Shown here one piece after another: positions 38,256 to 49,166 of a stretch of 64,000 nt of DNA. How positions within the stretch are numbered: the first letter of the stretch is position 1; every line of letters begins with the position of its first letter. Both the position numbers and the translations under genes were made by a program. Location of the stretch: the NCBI GenBank assembly GCA_965199855.1, contig OZ241326.1:1504001-1568000 (forward strand), written 5' to 3'. Source of the stretch: a bacterium. Lineage in GTDB: Bacteria; UBA8248. The notes under the pieces are model-generated. The model made no database searches. It was not told the origin of the DNA and saw only the letters and a program-made list of their open reading frames with translations.

Positions 38256-38339
38256 GGGCCGGGCGCGGGCCCTCGCGGAATCTCCCCCGCGCCGCCTCGC
38301 GCGCCGGGAGGCGATGGACACGGGCGGAAGCGCGGCCCC

Positions 38340-39746
38340 TCATTTCGAGAGATAGACGTGCGCGACGCCCGCTTGATCGACGAAGGCGAGGTCGTCCTTC
38401 GCGTCCGCGTTGAAGTCCGCCGCGAGAAGGTTCGAGCGGGGGGGCGCGGGCAGGGGCCGCGACCAGCGGAGACGCCAGCGGCTCCCGAACAGGGCGAGCG
38501 CCCCCAGCCTCCGCCCGTCCGTCCGCGGCAGGGCGACTTCCACGATGCCGCGCCGCCTCAGCAGGGCGAACCTCCCGACGTTCCGCGCGCCCGCCGCGTG
38601 GGCGGAGAAGCCCGCCGCGCGCGCGCGCTCGCGCAGCCGCCCGCCGCTCGGCCGCAGCGCCACGAGAAAGCCCGCCGGGGGCGGCTCCTCGACGGCGAGA
38701 ACCTTCGGCGCGCCGCCGTCGATTCGGAACGCGCCCAGAAGCCGTGCCCCCGCCCCCGCCTCGCCCCACGCCCTGAGGGCCAGGCGTCCGCCCCCGAGCG
38801 CCAGAACGAGGTGGGCCGCTCCCCCGCCGGGGGCGTTGCGGGTGAGAAGAATCTCCTCCTTCCCGTCTCCGTCCAGGTCTGCGGCGAGAGCGCCCGGGAA
38901 GGCGAAGAAGCCGCCTCCGCCCGCCTCGTATGCGGCGATGCGCGCGAGGGATTTCCCGTCGAAGCGGTAGGCGCGGATTTCGGTGGGCTTGCGGCCGCCG
39001 CCGGGCGCGGAGAGGACGAGGAGCTCCTTCCGCCCGTCTCCGTCCAGGTCGGCCGCCGTCAGGTCGGCGTCGGGCCGCGCCCGCGCCGCTTTCGCCCCGA
39101 CGCGCCGGGTTTCCGCCCATTCGCCCCCCCGCCTCCGGAACAGGAGGAGGGAGCCGTCCGCGCCCGTCATCGCCGCGGCGTCCTCGCCCAGGACGGCCGG
39201 CCTGGACAGCGCGGAGGGGGGGACGCTCGGCCAGACGAACAGCCAGCGCCGCTCGATGGCGTCCACGTTGATGAACATTCCGCTGCGGCCCGCGCCGACG
39301 AAGCTGCCGTCCGGCAGCCGGGCGGGAGGAACCTCGGCGGCGAGATCGGAGGGGGCGGGATGATCCCGCATGCGCGCGCGAAGCGCGCCCTCCTTCCTCT
39401 CGAAGGCGACGGGATGAAAATCGCCGTCCATCGTGAAGGCGAGCAGGGTGAGGTGCCCCGCTCCGGCTTCTTTTCCCGCCGGCGCGGTGAGGAGCCACTT
39501 CGTCCGGCCCGGGGCGCGGACGGAAAGCGCCTGATGGGTGTCGAGAGGGTTTTCCGCGCCGCGGGCGGCGCGTTCGCCCGGGACGAGGAGGAGCAGGCCG
39601 CACGCGAGGGCGATGAGGAGGCGCCGCCCGTTCCCCGGAGCCCGCGCCCGCATCCCGCCCGGCGTCCTTCTACCCCGCGCCCGCGGCGCCGGCGCCCGCC
39701 GACGCCCCCGTGGTGACGGCGCGCTTGCCCGCCGGCGGCTTCTCAT
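38340..39746 (-). CDS. Secreted FG-GAP/VCBS repeat protein (true start probably near 39653)
   Basis: Repeats ADLDGDGRKE, ADLDGDGKEE and ADFNADAKDD; signal-like LLIALACGLLLL. Confidence 0.7.
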   Translation of the reverse strand: MRSRRRASAPSPRGRRRAPAPRARGRRTPGGMRARAPGNGRRLLIALACGLLLLVPGERAARGAENPLDTHQALSVRAPGRTKWLLTAPAGKEAGAGHLTLLAFTMDGDFHPVAFERKEGALRARMRDHPAPSDLAAEVPPARLPDGSFVGAGRSGMFINVDAIERRWLFVWPSVPPSALSRPAVLGEDAAAMTGADGSLLLFRRRGGEWAETRRVGAKAARARPDADLTAADLDGDGRKELLVLSAPGGGRKPTEIRAYRFDGKSLARIAAYEAGGGGFFAFPGALAADLDGDGKEEILLTRNAPGGGAAHLVLALGGGRLALRAWGEAGAGARLLGAFRIDGGAPKVLAVEEPPPAGFLVALRPSGGRLRERARAAGFSAHAAGARNVGRFALLRRRGIVEVALPRTDGRRLGALALFGSRWRLRWSRPLPAPPRSNLLAADFNADAKDDLAFVDQAGVAHVYLSK

Positions 39747-39901
39747 ACACGGCGCGTCCCCCGCGCGAGGGAAAAGAAAGGCTGCGCGCGATTATCGAAC
39801 AAATCGCAATCGTGGTAAACAGTTCCTGCGGAAGCGGGCGCGCCGGACGCGCCGGACGGCGCGAGGAGGTTGCGCCCCTTGTTCCGGCGAAGGGAGACCG
39901 C

Positions 39902-40333
39902 GTGGGCAAAAAGGTGGAGCATATCCATTGGCCGGGCGCCCCTGACTTGTGGATGCCCTACGCTCCGGCCATCCGGGTGACGGGCGGGAGCCTCGTGTTT
40001 CTGGCCGGGGTGACGGCGGCGCCCGTCTATCACCATCACCCGCACCGGCCGGAGGAATTCGACGCCATGCCCCGCGACATGGAGGGGCAGGCGCGGGCGA
40101 CGCTGGAGAACCTGAAGAGGGGCCTCGAGGCGGCGGGCGGCGACTTCGGGGACGTCGTGACGGCCACCCGGTTCGTGACCGACCTCTCGGAGCAGGACGC
40201 CCTGAACCGCGTATGGGCCGGGTATTTCGGAGAGCGCAGGCCGACCACCACGACCGTCCAGGTCGCGCGGCTGGCGACGGATCCGCGCTGCCTCCTGGAG
40301 GTGAGCGCCCTGGCCGTCGTCGATTCGGAATGA
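39902..40333 (+). CDS. RidA/YjgF family protein
   Basis: PYAPA, FLAG, QA...LENL, LN.VW..YF..RP..T.VQV..L and LLEV; GTG start after a GGGAG RBS. Confidence 0.88.
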   Translation: MGKKVEHIHWPGAPDLWMPYAPAIRVTGGSLVFLAGVTAAPVYHHHPHRPEEFDAMPRDMEGQARATLENLKRGLEAAGGDFGDVVTATRFVTDLSEQDALNRVWAGYFGERRPTTTTVQVARLATDPRCLLEVSALAVVDSE

Positions 40334-40384
40334 CGGACGGGGCGCCGCGCTCCGCTTCCGGCCGGACGCCGGGAGCCTCCGACC

Positions 40385-40413
40385 TTGCCAGGGCGGGGGG
40401 GCTTTGCTAGCAT
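40385..40413 (+). promoter_or_regulatory. Putative sigma70 promoter of the TPR gene
   Basis: TTGCCA, 17 nt, TAGCAT with an extended TG. Confidence 0.45.
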
Positions 40414-40464
40414 CCGCCCTCGCGTGAGCGTTCGTCCCCGCCCCTCCACCGGGAATCAGAGGCC

Positions 40465-41532
40465 ATGGCGCGTCGGCCGCGCGATCCGGAAGCCCGCATC
40501 GAAGCGCTGGAGGAGCGTCTGGAGCGATGCCCCTCCTCGGCCGCCTTTTTCCCCCTGGCGTCCCTTTTGTGGGAGAAGGGAGAGGCGGAGCGGGCGGAAG
40601 ACCTCCTGAGAAAGGGGTTGCTCGCCCATCCCGACTACGCGGCGGCGGGCGTCCTTCTGGGAGAGATCCTTCTGGCCGGGGACGCGCATGAGGAGGCGGC
40701 CCGCCACCTCGAAAAGGCGCTGGAGCTCACCCCGTGGAACGTATCGGGGCGGCGTCTGCTGGCGACGTGCCATCAGATGAGCGGCGACGCGGTGGCGGCC
40801 CTGGCCGCGCTGGAGGTGGTCGATATGTTCGAGAGCGACGAGGAGGCCGCCCGGAAGGCGATGGGAGATTCCGGGGACGACGCCGCTCCGGCGGAGGCGT
40901 CTGATGAGGGCGTCGAGGCCGTGGCCACGCCCTCCCTCGCCGAGCTGTATCTGGCGCAGGGCCACCCCGACCGGGCGGCGGCCGTCTATGAGCGGCTTCT
41001 CGACGCCGATCCGCAAAACGCGGAATGGAAGGCGAAGCTGGCCGTCATTCGGGAGCGCGTGGCCCGGGGGGAGGAGCGCGCCGCGCCCACGGGCTATCCC
41101 GGGATGGACGGGGAGCTCGACCTGATCGCGGGAGAGACGGAGGACGCGGCGGAGGCGAGCGCGGAGCCGCGAGACGCCGCCCCTCTCCACGCGGGCGCGG
41201 AGGATACGCGCGGGGCGCTCCCGGAGGCCCTCCCGGTTCGCGCTGCGGACGCGGCGCGGGAGGAAGAGGAGGCCGGCGCTCCTCCCGGCGAGGAGAGCGC
41301 CGATTCCATCCTGATGAGGCTGATCGAGCTCTACGTCGAGGAAGGCGACGGCGCCCGGGCGCTGGATGTTGGCCGAAAGGCGCGCGCCCTGGGGCTGGAC
41401 TCCCTCCGGCTTCAGGGGCGAATCTCGGCGCTCGAGGAAGAGCAGGCGCGGTCCGCCCGCGAGACCGTGGAAGCCTTGGAGAGGTGGCTCGCCGCGCTCA
41501 GGCGGCGCAAGGCGGGCGTCCGGGCGCGTTGA
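40465..41532 (+). CDS. Tetratricopeptide repeat protein
   Basis: F.PLA, GL..HPDY and [12 protein letters not shown]...A..VY..LL...P repeats; C-terminal LERWL. Confidence 0.8.
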   Translation: MARRPRDPEARIEALEERLERCPSSAAFFPLASLLWEKGEAERAEDLLRKGLLAHPDYAAAGVLLGEILLAGDAHEEAARHLEKALELTPWNVSGRRLLATCHQMSGDAVAALAALEVVDMFESDEEAARKAMGDSGDDAAPAEASDEGVEAVATPSLAELYLAQGHPDRAAAVYERLLDADPQNAEWKAKLAVIRERVARGEERAAPTGYPGMDGELDLIAGETEDAAEASAEPRDAAPLHAGAEDTRGALPEALPVRAADAAREEEEAGAPPGEESADSILMRLIELYVEEGDGARALDVGRKARALGLDSLRLQGRISALEEEQARSARETVEALERWLAALRRRKAGVRAR

Positions 41533-41672
41533 GGGGCGTCCGGCGAGCTTGCCGCATCGTTGCGGAACGGCCGGATGACGCGCGGGGATTCCGGCGTTTG
41601 GGTGTCTCCATCCAGCAGGCGAGCGTATCCGGCATGACGCGGTTATCGAGAGAGCGGGAGCCGTTCTCCGGC

Positions 41673-43676
41673 ATGAGCGCGGCGGAAGTCTCCATCCACG
41701 CCATCCGGACGCTGGCGATGGACGCGGTGCAGAAGGCGAACAGCGGCCACCCGGGCGCGCCGATGGCCCTGGCGCCGCTCGCCTATGAATTGTGGAAGAA
41801 CCACCTTCGCTACAATCCCAAAAATCCGGACTGGTTCGACCGAGACCGCTTCGTGCTCTCGTGCGGCCACGCCTCGATGCTCCTCTACGCCGCGCTGCAC
41901 CTCACCGGCTACGACCTTCCGCTGGCGGAGATCGTCCGCTTCCGCCAGTGGGGGAGCAGGACGCCGGGGCATCCCGAATACGGGCTGACGCCGGGGGTGG
42001 AGACCACCACGGGCCCCCTGGGGCAGGGGTTCATGAACGCCGTGGGCATGGCGATGGCCGAGGCGCATCTGGCGAGCGTCTTCAACCGGCCGGGCCGCGC
42101 GATAGTGGATCACCGCACCTACGCGCTCCTGAGCGACGGCGACGTCATGGAGGGGGCGTCCCACGAGGCGGCCTCCCTGGCGGGGCATCTGGGGCTGGGC
42201 AAGCTGATATGCGTCTATGACGACAACCGCATCACCATCGACGGAGAAACCGCGCTGACCTGCTCCGACGACGCGGCGAAGCGCTTCGAGAGCTGCGGCT
42301 GGCACGTCCTGAACCTGGGCGACAGCGCGGAGGATTTGCCGAGAATCTCGGAAGCCCTCGCCCGGGCGAAGGCCGAGGCCGCGCGGCCCTCCCTCCTCAT
42401 CCTGCGCTCGCGCATCGGCTACGGCTCGCCCCGCTACCAGGACACCGCGCGGGCGCACGGCGCGCCCCTGGGGGAGGAGGAGGTGGCGGCCGCCAAGCGC
42501 GCCTACGGCTGGCCGGAAGACGCGGCGTTTCTCGTGCCCGAGGCCGCGGCCGCCCACATGGGCGAGGCGATAGCCCGCGGCGCCGCGCTCGAGGCGGACT
42601 GGCGCCGCGGGTTCGCGGAATACGAGGCGGAGCATCCCGAGGCGGCCGCGCGGTTCAGCGCCGCGCTTGCGGGCGAGCCGCCCGCCGGCTGGGAGGCGCG
42701 CGTCCCCCGCTTCGAGGCGGACGAGGGCGCCCTCGCCACGCGCGCCGCCTCGGGCAGGACGCTGAACGCCATCGCCTCCGCCGTCCCCTGGCTCATGGGC
42801 GGCAGCGCGGACCTGGCCTCCTCCAACAACTCGCGCATCGAGGGGTCGGGAAACTTCGCCCGGGGAGACTACGCGGGCCGCAACGTCCACTGGGGAGTCA
42901 GGGAGCACGTCATGGCGGCGGCCAGCTCCGGCATGGCGCTGCACGGGGGCGTTCGCCCCTACGCGGCGACCTTCTTCACCTTCACGGACTACGCCCGCCC
43001 GGCCATACGCCTCGCCGCGCTGATGCGGCTGCCCGTCATCTACGTGATGACGCACGACTCCATCGGTCTGGGCGAGGACGGCCCGACGCATCAGCCGATA
43101 GAGCATCTGGCGTCGCTGCGCGCCATGCCGGGCCTCGTCCTCATCCGCCCCTGCGACGCGAACGAGACCGCGGCCGCCTGGCGGGCGGCGATCGAGCGGC
43201 GCGAGGGCCCGACCATGCTCGTCCTCACCCGGCAGGCGCTGCCCGTTCTGGCGCGCGCGGGCGACGCCGGCGCGGAGGGGGTGGCGCGGGGCGCCTACGT
43301 CCTCTCGCCCGAGCGGGGAGATTCCCCCGATGCGGCGCTGCTCGCCACGGGATCGGAGGTTCACGTCGCTCTGGCGGCGCAGGAGGCGCTGGCGGCGGAG
43401 GGAATCGACGCCCGGGTCGTGAGCATGCCGAGCTGGGAGCTTTTCAGGGAGCAGCCCCGCGCCTGGCGGGATTCGGTTCTTCCGCCCGAGGTGCGGGCGC
43501 GGGTGGCCGTCGAGGCGGGCGCGACCATGGGCTGGCGCGAGTGGGTGGGCGACGCCGGCGCCGTCATCGGGCTGGATCGCTTCGGCGCCAGCGCGCCCCA
43601 TCGGGAGATATACGAGCGTCTGGGTCTCACGCCCGCCAACGTCGCCGAGCAGACGAAGCGCGTCCTCGGCGCGTGA
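41673..43676 (+). CDS. tkt: Transketolase
   Basis: [29 protein letters not shown] and GEDGPTHQP. Confidence 0.97.
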   Translation: MSAAEVSIHAIRTLAMDAVQKANSGHPGAPMALAPLAYELWKNHLRYNPKNPDWFDRDRFVLSCGHASMLLYAALHLTGYDLPLAEIVRFRQWGSRTPGHPEYGLTPGVETTTGPLGQGFMNAVGMAMAEAHLASVFNRPGRAIVDHRTYALLSDGDVMEGASHEAASLAGHLGLGKLICVYDDNRITIDGETALTCSDDAAKRFESCGWHVLNLGDSAEDLPRISEALARAKAEAARPSLLILRSRIGYGSPRYQDTARAHGAPLGEEEVAAAKRAYGWPEDAAFLVPEAAAAHMGEAIARGAALEADWRRGFAEYEAEHPEAAARFSAALAGEPPAGWEARVPRFEADEGALATRAASGRTLNAIASAVPWLMGGSADLASSNNSRIEGSGNFARGDYAGRNVHWGVREHVMAAASSGMALHGGVRPYAATFFTFTDYARPAIRLAALMRLPVIYVMTHDSIGLGEDGPTHQPIEHLASLRAMPGLVLIRPCDANETAAAWRAAIERREGPTMLVLTRQALPVLARAGDAGAEGVARGAYVLSPERGDSPDAALLATGSEVHVALAAQEALAAEGIDARVVSMPSWELFREQPRAWRDSVLPPEVRARVAVEAGATMGWREWVGDAGAVIGLDRFGASAPHREIYERLGLTPANVAEQTKRVLGA

Positions 43677-43740
43677 TTTTCATATTCTCGCCTTCCGTTG
43701 CCGACCTCGCCGCGCGGCTCCGCCCGCGGCGAAGCCTCCG

Positions 43741-44047
43741 GTCATTCCGGCTTTCGCCGCCATGACGATGAGGCGCGGCGAATCCGTCAGCGCGCGTCGA
43801 GTATGTTGCCACATTTCCCCCGGCCGCGCGCATTTGCCCGCATTTGCGCGGCCCGCCCGTTTTCGGAGTTCGGTATATGCTCTGGCTTCGCGCGGGGAGG
43901 GACGCCGCGCGGAGGGTTCGCCGAGGGGTTTTCCCGGAAGCGGCGGCGGAGACGGGAGGAGAAACGCGGGGGATGGGGATTCGGACACGCGCGCCGGGAC
44001 GGGGACGGGTTTGCCGGGCGTCACTCCGGCGGAGGCCGGAACCCGGT
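43741..44047. repeat. Two degenerate REP-like palindromes (CGTCATTCCGGC family)
   Basis: GTCATTCCGGCTTTCGCCGCCATGAC at 43741 and CGTCACTCCGGCGGAGGCCGGAACCC at 44019. Confidence 0.5.
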
Positions 44048-44210
44048 GTTTTTTTCGCCGGCTCCGCCTTGCGGCGATTCCTCCTCGTCGGGACAATTCC
44101 TCCTCCCCGTCGGGATTGACGCCGGGGTGCCGACGCGGGGCGGAGAATCCCTCGACGCGCGTCCGGTATTTCGCCGCCCGCGCGGGAGAACGCGAATATA
44201 TGCGAAATCA

Positions 44211-44264
44211 GACAAATTCACGACTTTTTCCGACAAATTTACAGCTTTTTTCGACAAATTCACG
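44211..44264. repeat. 21-bp tandem repeat (~2.6 copies)
   Basis: GACAAATTCACGACTTTTTCC / GACAAATTTACAGCTTTTTTC / GACAAATTCACG. Confidence 0.85.
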
Positions 44265-44552
44265 CCCCTTAAAGGCACGACAGAGACCGCATTTAGCGCG
44301 ATGGTGAAAAGAAAAATCGTTTTTTTTCAGTATGTTATTGTGAATACATGAAGTCATGCCGAAAGAAATCCCCCCCGTTTTTCCGATGAAGTTCCGGCGC
44401 GGCGCATTTGCCCGCACCTGCCCGCATTCGCGGCTCCCCGCGCGTGCTTCGCCTTGGGCGGCTCCCGTCTGAAAAGCGTCTCCGCATGGTGGCATTTTCC
44501 GAGGCGGTGGAGTAGAATCCCCGCGTCCAGCCGCACTGACGAGGAGGGAGAG

Positions 44553-45869
44553 ATGCCGCGAAAAATCAGGCTGTCCGGGTGGCCGGCGTGGGCGGGCGTC
44601 CTCGCCCTGCTCGTCCTGGGGCTGGCCATGGGCCCCGCCGGGAACCCCTCCGCCAGCGAGACGAGCGCGTATTCGGAGCTGCGCGCCTTCAGCGAGGTGC
44701 TCAGCCTCGTGGAGGAGAACTACGTCAACAAGACGGACGCCAGGAAGCTGATTCGGGGCGCCATCCGGGGAATGCTCCGCACGCTCGACCCCCATACGAG
44801 CTATCTGAGCCCCGAGTATTTCAAGGAGATGCAGGTGGAGACCTCGGGCCGCTTCGGCGGCCTGGGCGTGGAGATTTCGATTCGCGGCGGCGTGCTGACC
44901 GTCGTGACGCCCATCGAGGACACCCCGGCTTACAGGGTCGGCGTGCAGGCGGGCGATCGGATCGTCCGCATCGAGAAGGCCTCGACGAAGGACATGACCC
45001 TCCAGGAGGTCGTCAAGCGGCTTCGGGGCAAGCCCGGCACGAAGGTGAAGATCACGGTGACGCGCAAGGGGGAGAGCGAGCCGATCGAGTTCGAGATCAC
45101 GCGCGAGATCATCCGCGTCAGGAGCGTGCGAAGCCGGATGCTGCCGGATGAGATCGCCTACATCCGCGTTCGCAGCTTCCAGAACTCCACGGGCGGGGAG
45201 GTGGGGAGCGCCCTGTCCTCCCTCCGGGAGCGGGGGGCGAAGGCGCTGGTGCTGGACCTTCGCAACAACCCGGGCGGGCTTCTCGCCCAGGCGGTTTCGG
45301 TCTCCGACATCTTCCTGGAAGGCGGGAGCCTCATCGTGGAGACGAAGGGACGCATGACGAACCAGGCGCATCGCTTCACCTCCACGACCGGGGCGCCGGG
45401 CGGGAAGATTCCCATGGCGATTCTCGTGAACGCGGGGAGCGCCAGCGCCTCGGAAATCGTGGCGGGCGCGCTTCAGGACCTCAAAAGGGCGAAAATCATC
45501 GGGGTCAAGACGTTCGGAAAAGGCTCGGTGCAGACCGTCGTCCCGCTCTCGGACGGCTCCGGGCTGAGGCTGACGACCGCCCTCTACTACACGCCGAAGG
45601 GGAGGCTCATCCAGGGCGAGGGCATCGAGCCCGACATCGTGAGCGAGATGGAGAGAACCCCCGCCGCCGGCGCGCGCGCGCTGCGGGAGAAGGATCTGCC
45701 CGGCCACCTGCCCGGCGCCTCCGGGGAGAAGGGGAAGCCGGAGGAGGAAGGCGCGGGCGAGGCGCATGGCCCGCCCCGCGCTCCCGCCGACGAGAGGAAG
45801 GACGCCCAGCTCGAGCGCGCCGTGAAGTATCTGAAAGACTCGTTCCTCAACAAGAAGATGGGCGCCTGA
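44553..45869 (+). CDS. ctpA: Carboxyl-terminal processing protease (S41 with PDZ domain)
   Basis: LDPHT, GGLG, DLRNNPGG, SASASEI and FGKGSVQ; strong RBS before the ATG at 44553. Confidence 0.95.
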   Translation: MPRKIRLSGWPAWAGVLALLVLGLAMGPAGNPSASETSAYSELRAFSEVLSLVEENYVNKTDARKLIRGAIRGMLRTLDPHTSYLSPEYFKEMQVETSGRFGGLGVEISIRGGVLTVVTPIEDTPAYRVGVQAGDRIVRIEKASTKDMTLQEVVKRLRGKPGTKVKITVTRKGESEPIEFEITREIIRVRSVRSRMLPDEIAYIRVRSFQNSTGGEVGSALSSLRERGAKALVLDLRNNPGGLLAQAVSVSDIFLEGGSLIVETKGRMTNQAHRFTSTTGAPGGKIPMAILVNAGSASASEIVAGALQDLKRAKIIGVKTFGKGSVQTVVPLSDGSGLRLTTALYYTPKGRLIQGEGIEPDIVSEMERTPAAGARALREKDLPGHLPGASGEKGKPEEEGAGEAHGPPRAPADERKDAQLERAVKYLKDSFLNKKMGA

Positions 45870-46023
45870 CCCCGCCGGAGAACGGATGGGGGAGAGGCGG
45901 CGCCCGGCTCTTTTTCCCCCTGAAAACCGGGGCGGCCGCCGCCGGATCGTCCCGAATCCCGGACTCGCCGGCTTTTCCCGAATCCCGGCCGTGGCGCGCG
46001 GGGCGAACGCGGAGAGGGCTGAA

Positions 46024-47142
46024 TTGCGCATCCTGGGCGTCGAGACGAGCTGCGACGAGACGGCGGCGGCCGTTCTCGAATTCTCCGGGGACGCCGCCCC
46101 CCGGGTGCTCTCCAACGTCGTGGCCTCGCAGCATGAAATTCACGCGCGGTTCGGCGGCGTGGTTCCCGAACTGGCGGCGCGCCGCCACGTGGAGATGATC
46201 GCCCCCGTCCTGGAGGCGGCCTTCGCCGAGGCGTCGGTCGCCGGGGAGGAGGTCGATGCCGTGGCGGTTACGCGGGGGCCCGGCCTGGTGGTGGCCCTGC
46301 TGGTGGGCCTCTCCGCCGCCAAGGGGCTGGCGTGGAGCCTGGGGGTTCCGCTCATCGGCGTTCACCACCTGGACGGGCACATTCATTCCCTTTTTCTGCC
46401 CACGGAGGACGCAGGCGACGCCCCGCCCCCGTTTCCCCATCTGGGCCTCGTGGTATCGGGCGGGCATACGGACTTCTACCGCGTGGACGGGCACGACGCG
46501 GTGAGGCGGCTGGGCGGCACGCTGGACGACGCTCTGGGCGAGGCGTATGACAAGGTGGCCGCCGTCATGGGGCTGGGCTATCCGGGCGGCCCCATTGTGG
46601 ATCGCCTGCACGCGGAGTTTCTGAAAAGCGGCGGCGAAGGCCGGGCGCCGGTGGAGTTTCCCCGCCCGCTTCTGGCGGACAGGCCCTACGCCTTCAGCTT
46701 CAGCGGGCTCAAGACGGCCGTGCTGAACCACCAGAAGGAGCGGGGGCTGTATTCGGGAGATCGAAGCCTCCCCCCCTGGGCGCGCCCCCGGAAAGTGCCG
46801 GAGGAGACGGCGCGCGCGGTGGCCGCCGGGTTTCAGGAGGCGGCGGCGGAGGTCGTGGTGGAGAAGGTGAGCGCGGCGGCGCGCGAGGAGGAGTTGTCCG
46901 CCGTCTCCGTGAGCGGAGGGGTGGCGGCGAACGCGCATCTGCGCGTGCGGCTGCGCGAAAGAGCCGGAAGGGAGGGCTGGTCGCTCCATTTTCCGGCGCG
47001 CCGGTTCTGCACGGACAACGCCGCGATGATCGCCTGCGCCGGCGGCTTTCGCCTGCGGGAGGGCGGACGCGGGCGCTTCATGGATTTCGCCGATATGGAC
47101 GCCGACCCCTCCTGGGAGCTGGAAGAGGCGTCCGCCGCCTAG
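46024..47142 (+). CDS. tsaD: tRNA N6-adenosine threonylcarbamoyltransferase
   Basis: ILGVETSCDET, GGVVPE, HLDGH, VSGGHT and TDNAAMI; TTG start inferred. Confidence 0.96.
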   Translation: MRILGVETSCDETAAAVLEFSGDAAPRVLSNVVASQHEIHARFGGVVPELAARRHVEMIAPVLEAAFAEASVAGEEVDAVAVTRGPGLVVALLVGLSAAKGLAWSLGVPLIGVHHLDGHIHSLFLPTEDAGDAPPPFPHLGLVVSGGHTDFYRVDGHDAVRRLGGTLDDALGEAYDKVAAVMGLGYPGGPIVDRLHAEFLKSGGEGRAPVEFPRPLLADRPYAFSFSGLKTAVLNHQKERGLYSGDRSLPPWARPRKVPEETARAVAAGFQEAAAEVVVEKVSAAAREEELSAVSVSGGVAANAHLRVRLRERAGREGWSLHFPARRFCTDNAAMIACAGGFRLREGGRGRFMDFADMDADPSWELEEASAA

Positions 47143-47163
47143 CGGCCTGAGGGAGAGCGACCG

Positions 47164-48261
47164 ATGCGTCCGGAAGAAGCGGGCCCCCGCGTGGATGAGG
47201 CGCCTCCGGGCGAGGCGCCGCCTCCGCCTGAGGGCTTCGACCGCCCCCTGCGCATCGGCGGGGTGACCCTGGAGAGCCGCCTCCTGATGGCGCCCATGGC
47301 GGGCTATACGAACCTGCCCTTTCGCTCGCTGGTGAAGGCGCGCGGGGCGGGGATGGTGGCCACCGAGATGGTGAGCAGCCAGGCGCTCGCGCGGCGCCAC
47401 GCGAAAACATATGACCTGATGCGGAGCGAGGCGGCGGAAAAGCCGGTTTCCATCCAGCTCTTCGGCTCCGACCCCGTCCAGATGGGCGAGGCGGCGGCGA
47501 TGGTGGAGGAGGCGGGCGCGGACCTGGTCGATCTCAACTGCGGGTGCCCCGTGAGGAAGATAACGAAAAACCGGGCGGGCTCCGCCCTTCTCAGATACCC
47601 CGGGCGGGCGGCCGCCATCGTCTCGGCGATGGCGCGCGCCGTTCGCGTCCCCGTGACGGTGAAGATGCGCACCGGCTGGGACGCCGTGGAAAAAGATGCG
47701 GCGGAGCGCTTCGCCAGGGCGGTCGAGGACGCCGGCGCGCGCGCCATCACCGTTCACGGCAGAACCCGGCGCGCCATGTTCAGCGGCGCGGTGGACCTGG
47801 AGGCCATCGCGCGGGTGAAGCGCGCCGTTTCGATTCCCGTGATAGGAAACGGCAGCATCCTCAGTCCCCAGGACGCCATGATGATGATTCGCCGCGCGGG
47901 CGTGGACGCGCTGATGATAGGGCGCGGCGCCATCGGGAACCCGTGGATTTTCTCGCGCCTGCTGGCCTGGCTCCGAACGGGGGAGCTGCCCGCGCCGCCG
48001 GGCCTGATGGAGCGGAAGCGAATGGCGCTTCTCCACTTCAGGCGTCTGCGCGAGGCGCTGGGCGAGCGGCTCGCCGCGCTTCACTGCCGGAAGCACCTGC
48101 CGGCCTACACGAAGGGGCTTCGCGGCGGCTCGGCGCTGCGGGAGCGGGTGAACCGAGAGAGCGACGTGGACGCCGTCCTCCGCCAGGTGGAGGCGTTCTT
48201 CGACGCGCTCGCCTCCCGTCCCCGCGCGGTGGAAGACGGGCGGGGCGCCCATGCGGCTTGA
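47164..48261 (+). CDS. dusB: tRNA-dihydrouridine synthase B
   Basis: APMAG, DLNCGCP, VTVKMR.G, VHGRT and GRGA.GNPW. Confidence 0.92.
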   Translation: MRPEEAGPRVDEAPPGEAPPPPEGFDRPLRIGGVTLESRLLMAPMAGYTNLPFRSLVKARGAGMVATEMVSSQALARRHAKTYDLMRSEAAEKPVSIQLFGSDPVQMGEAAAMVEEAGADLVDLNCGCPVRKITKNRAGSALLRYPGRAAAIVSAMARAVRVPVTVKMRTGWDAVEKDAAERFARAVEDAGARAITVHGRTRRAMFSGAVDLEAIARVKRAVSIPVIGNGSILSPQDAMMMIRRAGVDALMIGRGAIGNPWIFSRLLAWLRTGELPAPPGLMERKRMALLHFRRLREALGERLAALHCRKHLPAYTKGLRGGSALRERVNRESDVDAVLRQVEAFFDALASRPRAVEDGRGAHAA

Positions 48262-49033
48262 GGGCAGGCGGGCGTTCATCACCGGCGGGGGGCGGGGCAT
48301 CGGCCGGGCGATCGCCCTCAGGTTCGCGGACGAGGGCGCGGATGTGGCCGTGGCGGCGCGAACCCGCGCGGAAATCGAATCGGCGGCGGCCGAGGCGGAG
48401 CGGAAGGGCGGGCGCGCGCTCGCAATCGTCTGCGACGCGGGCGATCCCCGGGAGGTCGAGGACGCGATCCGGCGCGCGGAGCGGGAGCTGGGGGGCGTGG
48501 ACGTTCTCGTCGCCAACGCGGGCGCGCTCCTCCACGCCCCGATTCAGGAGACCACGAACGCCCTCTGGGAGGAGATGATGCGCGTGAACCTGAACGGCGC
48601 GTTCTACGCCTTTCGCGCGGCGGTTCCGGGGATGATCGCCCGCGGGTGGGGCCGCCTCATCGCCGTCAGCTCGGTGTCGGGCAAGATAGGCGGGGCGAAC
48701 CGGAGCGCCTACCACGCGGCGAAGCACGGCGTGCTGGGGCTGGCGCGCTCGGTCGCCCTGGAGGTCGCGGACAAGGGGGTGACGGTGAACGCGATATGCC
48801 CCGGCTTCGTGGACACGGCGATGATCGCCGGGAGCCGGGAGGAGTTCGCCCGCTACGCCGGCGCGGGCGAGAGCGGGGAGGCGGCGATGCGGCGCGTTCG
48901 GGGCGAGGTGCCGATGCGCCGCTTTCTCGCGTCCGGGGAGGTCGCCGCCATGGCCGCCTATCTCGCCTCCGAGGAGGCGGGCGGCGTAACCGGACAGGCC
49001 TACACCATCTCCTGCGGCGCGGTGCAGGCGTAG
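48251..49033 (+). CDS. SDR family oxidoreductase
   Basis: TGGGRGIG, NAG, YHAAKHG and ICPG. Confidence 0.92.
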   Translation: MRLEGRRAFITGGGRGIGRAIALRFADEGADVAVAARTRAEIESAAAEAERKGGRALAIVCDAGDPREVEDAIRRAERELGGVDVLVANAGALLHAPIQETTNALWEEMMRVNLNGAFYAFRAAVPGMIARGWGRLIAVSSVSGKIGGANRSAYHAAKHGVLGLARSVALEVADKGVTVNAICPGFVDTAMIAGSREEFARYAGAGESGEAAMRRVRGEVPMRRFLASGEVAAMAAYLASEEAGGVTGQAYTISCGAVQA

Positions 49034-49166
49034 GGGGGATGCCCGGCGAGGATTTTTCCGCAAAGGTCGGCGCGCTGACGCGAGGCTTCGACCCGGGGGA
49101 GGGAATGGCCGGAAAGCGGCTGAAGCATGGGGATTTGATCGCCCGAACCGGCCGGAGAGCGGTAGA

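Noticed and set aside
44211-44264. CRISPR mini-array
   Set aside because: The units are directly tandem with a 21-bp period and no unique spacers.
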